Source: Antechinus flavipes
Lineage: Eukaryota
Assembly (NCBI RefSeq): GCF_016432865.1
Contig: NC_067402.1
Span: forward strand, 200,136,001 to 200,169,000
DNA: 33,000 nucleotides
Direction: 5' to 3'
The position numbers and the translations under genes are program-made. A model generated the notes under the pieces. That model was not told the DNA's origin. It worked only from the letters and a program-made list of their open reading frames with translations, and did no database searches. This document shows, piece after piece, positions 32,954-33,000 of the stretch (position 1 is its first letter; each line of letters begins with the position of its first letter).

Positions 32954-33000
32954 AATTTTGTCTAAGACCTCCCCTTGTAGCAGGCCTACAGGTGGGAAGA

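Overview
Vertebrate nuclear DNA, almost certainly marsupial: WSINE1/MAR1-type SINEs and marsupial-type L1, L2 and MIR remnants point that way, and a dasyurid-like source is my inference. I recognised no intact protein-coding gene. The window is a rearranged mosaic with six main parts. (1) A ~2.4 kb frameshifted PKDREJ-like (sperm polycystin) fragment (2465-4885, +). It is joined into the left copy of an old direct segmental duplication (copy A ~155-7215; copy B ~22982-27620), with microhomology at its left junction and a 67-bp inverted copy near its right junction. (2) An AT-rich block (~8400-13550) with candidate minus-strand exons, lying left of a CpG island that carries a perfect palindromic double MYB site and an RFX X-box-like motif. 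(3) A 129-bp x 7.6 tandem array with a 316-codon minus-strand ORF in which 7 of 9 inter-unit variants are synonymous. (4) A second CpG island with three MYB sites. (5) A decayed hAT (Charlie/Buster-type) transposase fragment. (6) The 5' LTR and a perfect tRNA-Lys1,2 PBS of a class II (betaretrovirus-like) ERV at the right edge. Lead hypothesis (inference only): a spermatocyte A-MYB/RFX-driven non-coding or piRNA-like locus that would read the PKDREJ copy antisense. All alignments and identities were made by eye, and reference proteins were recalled from memory.
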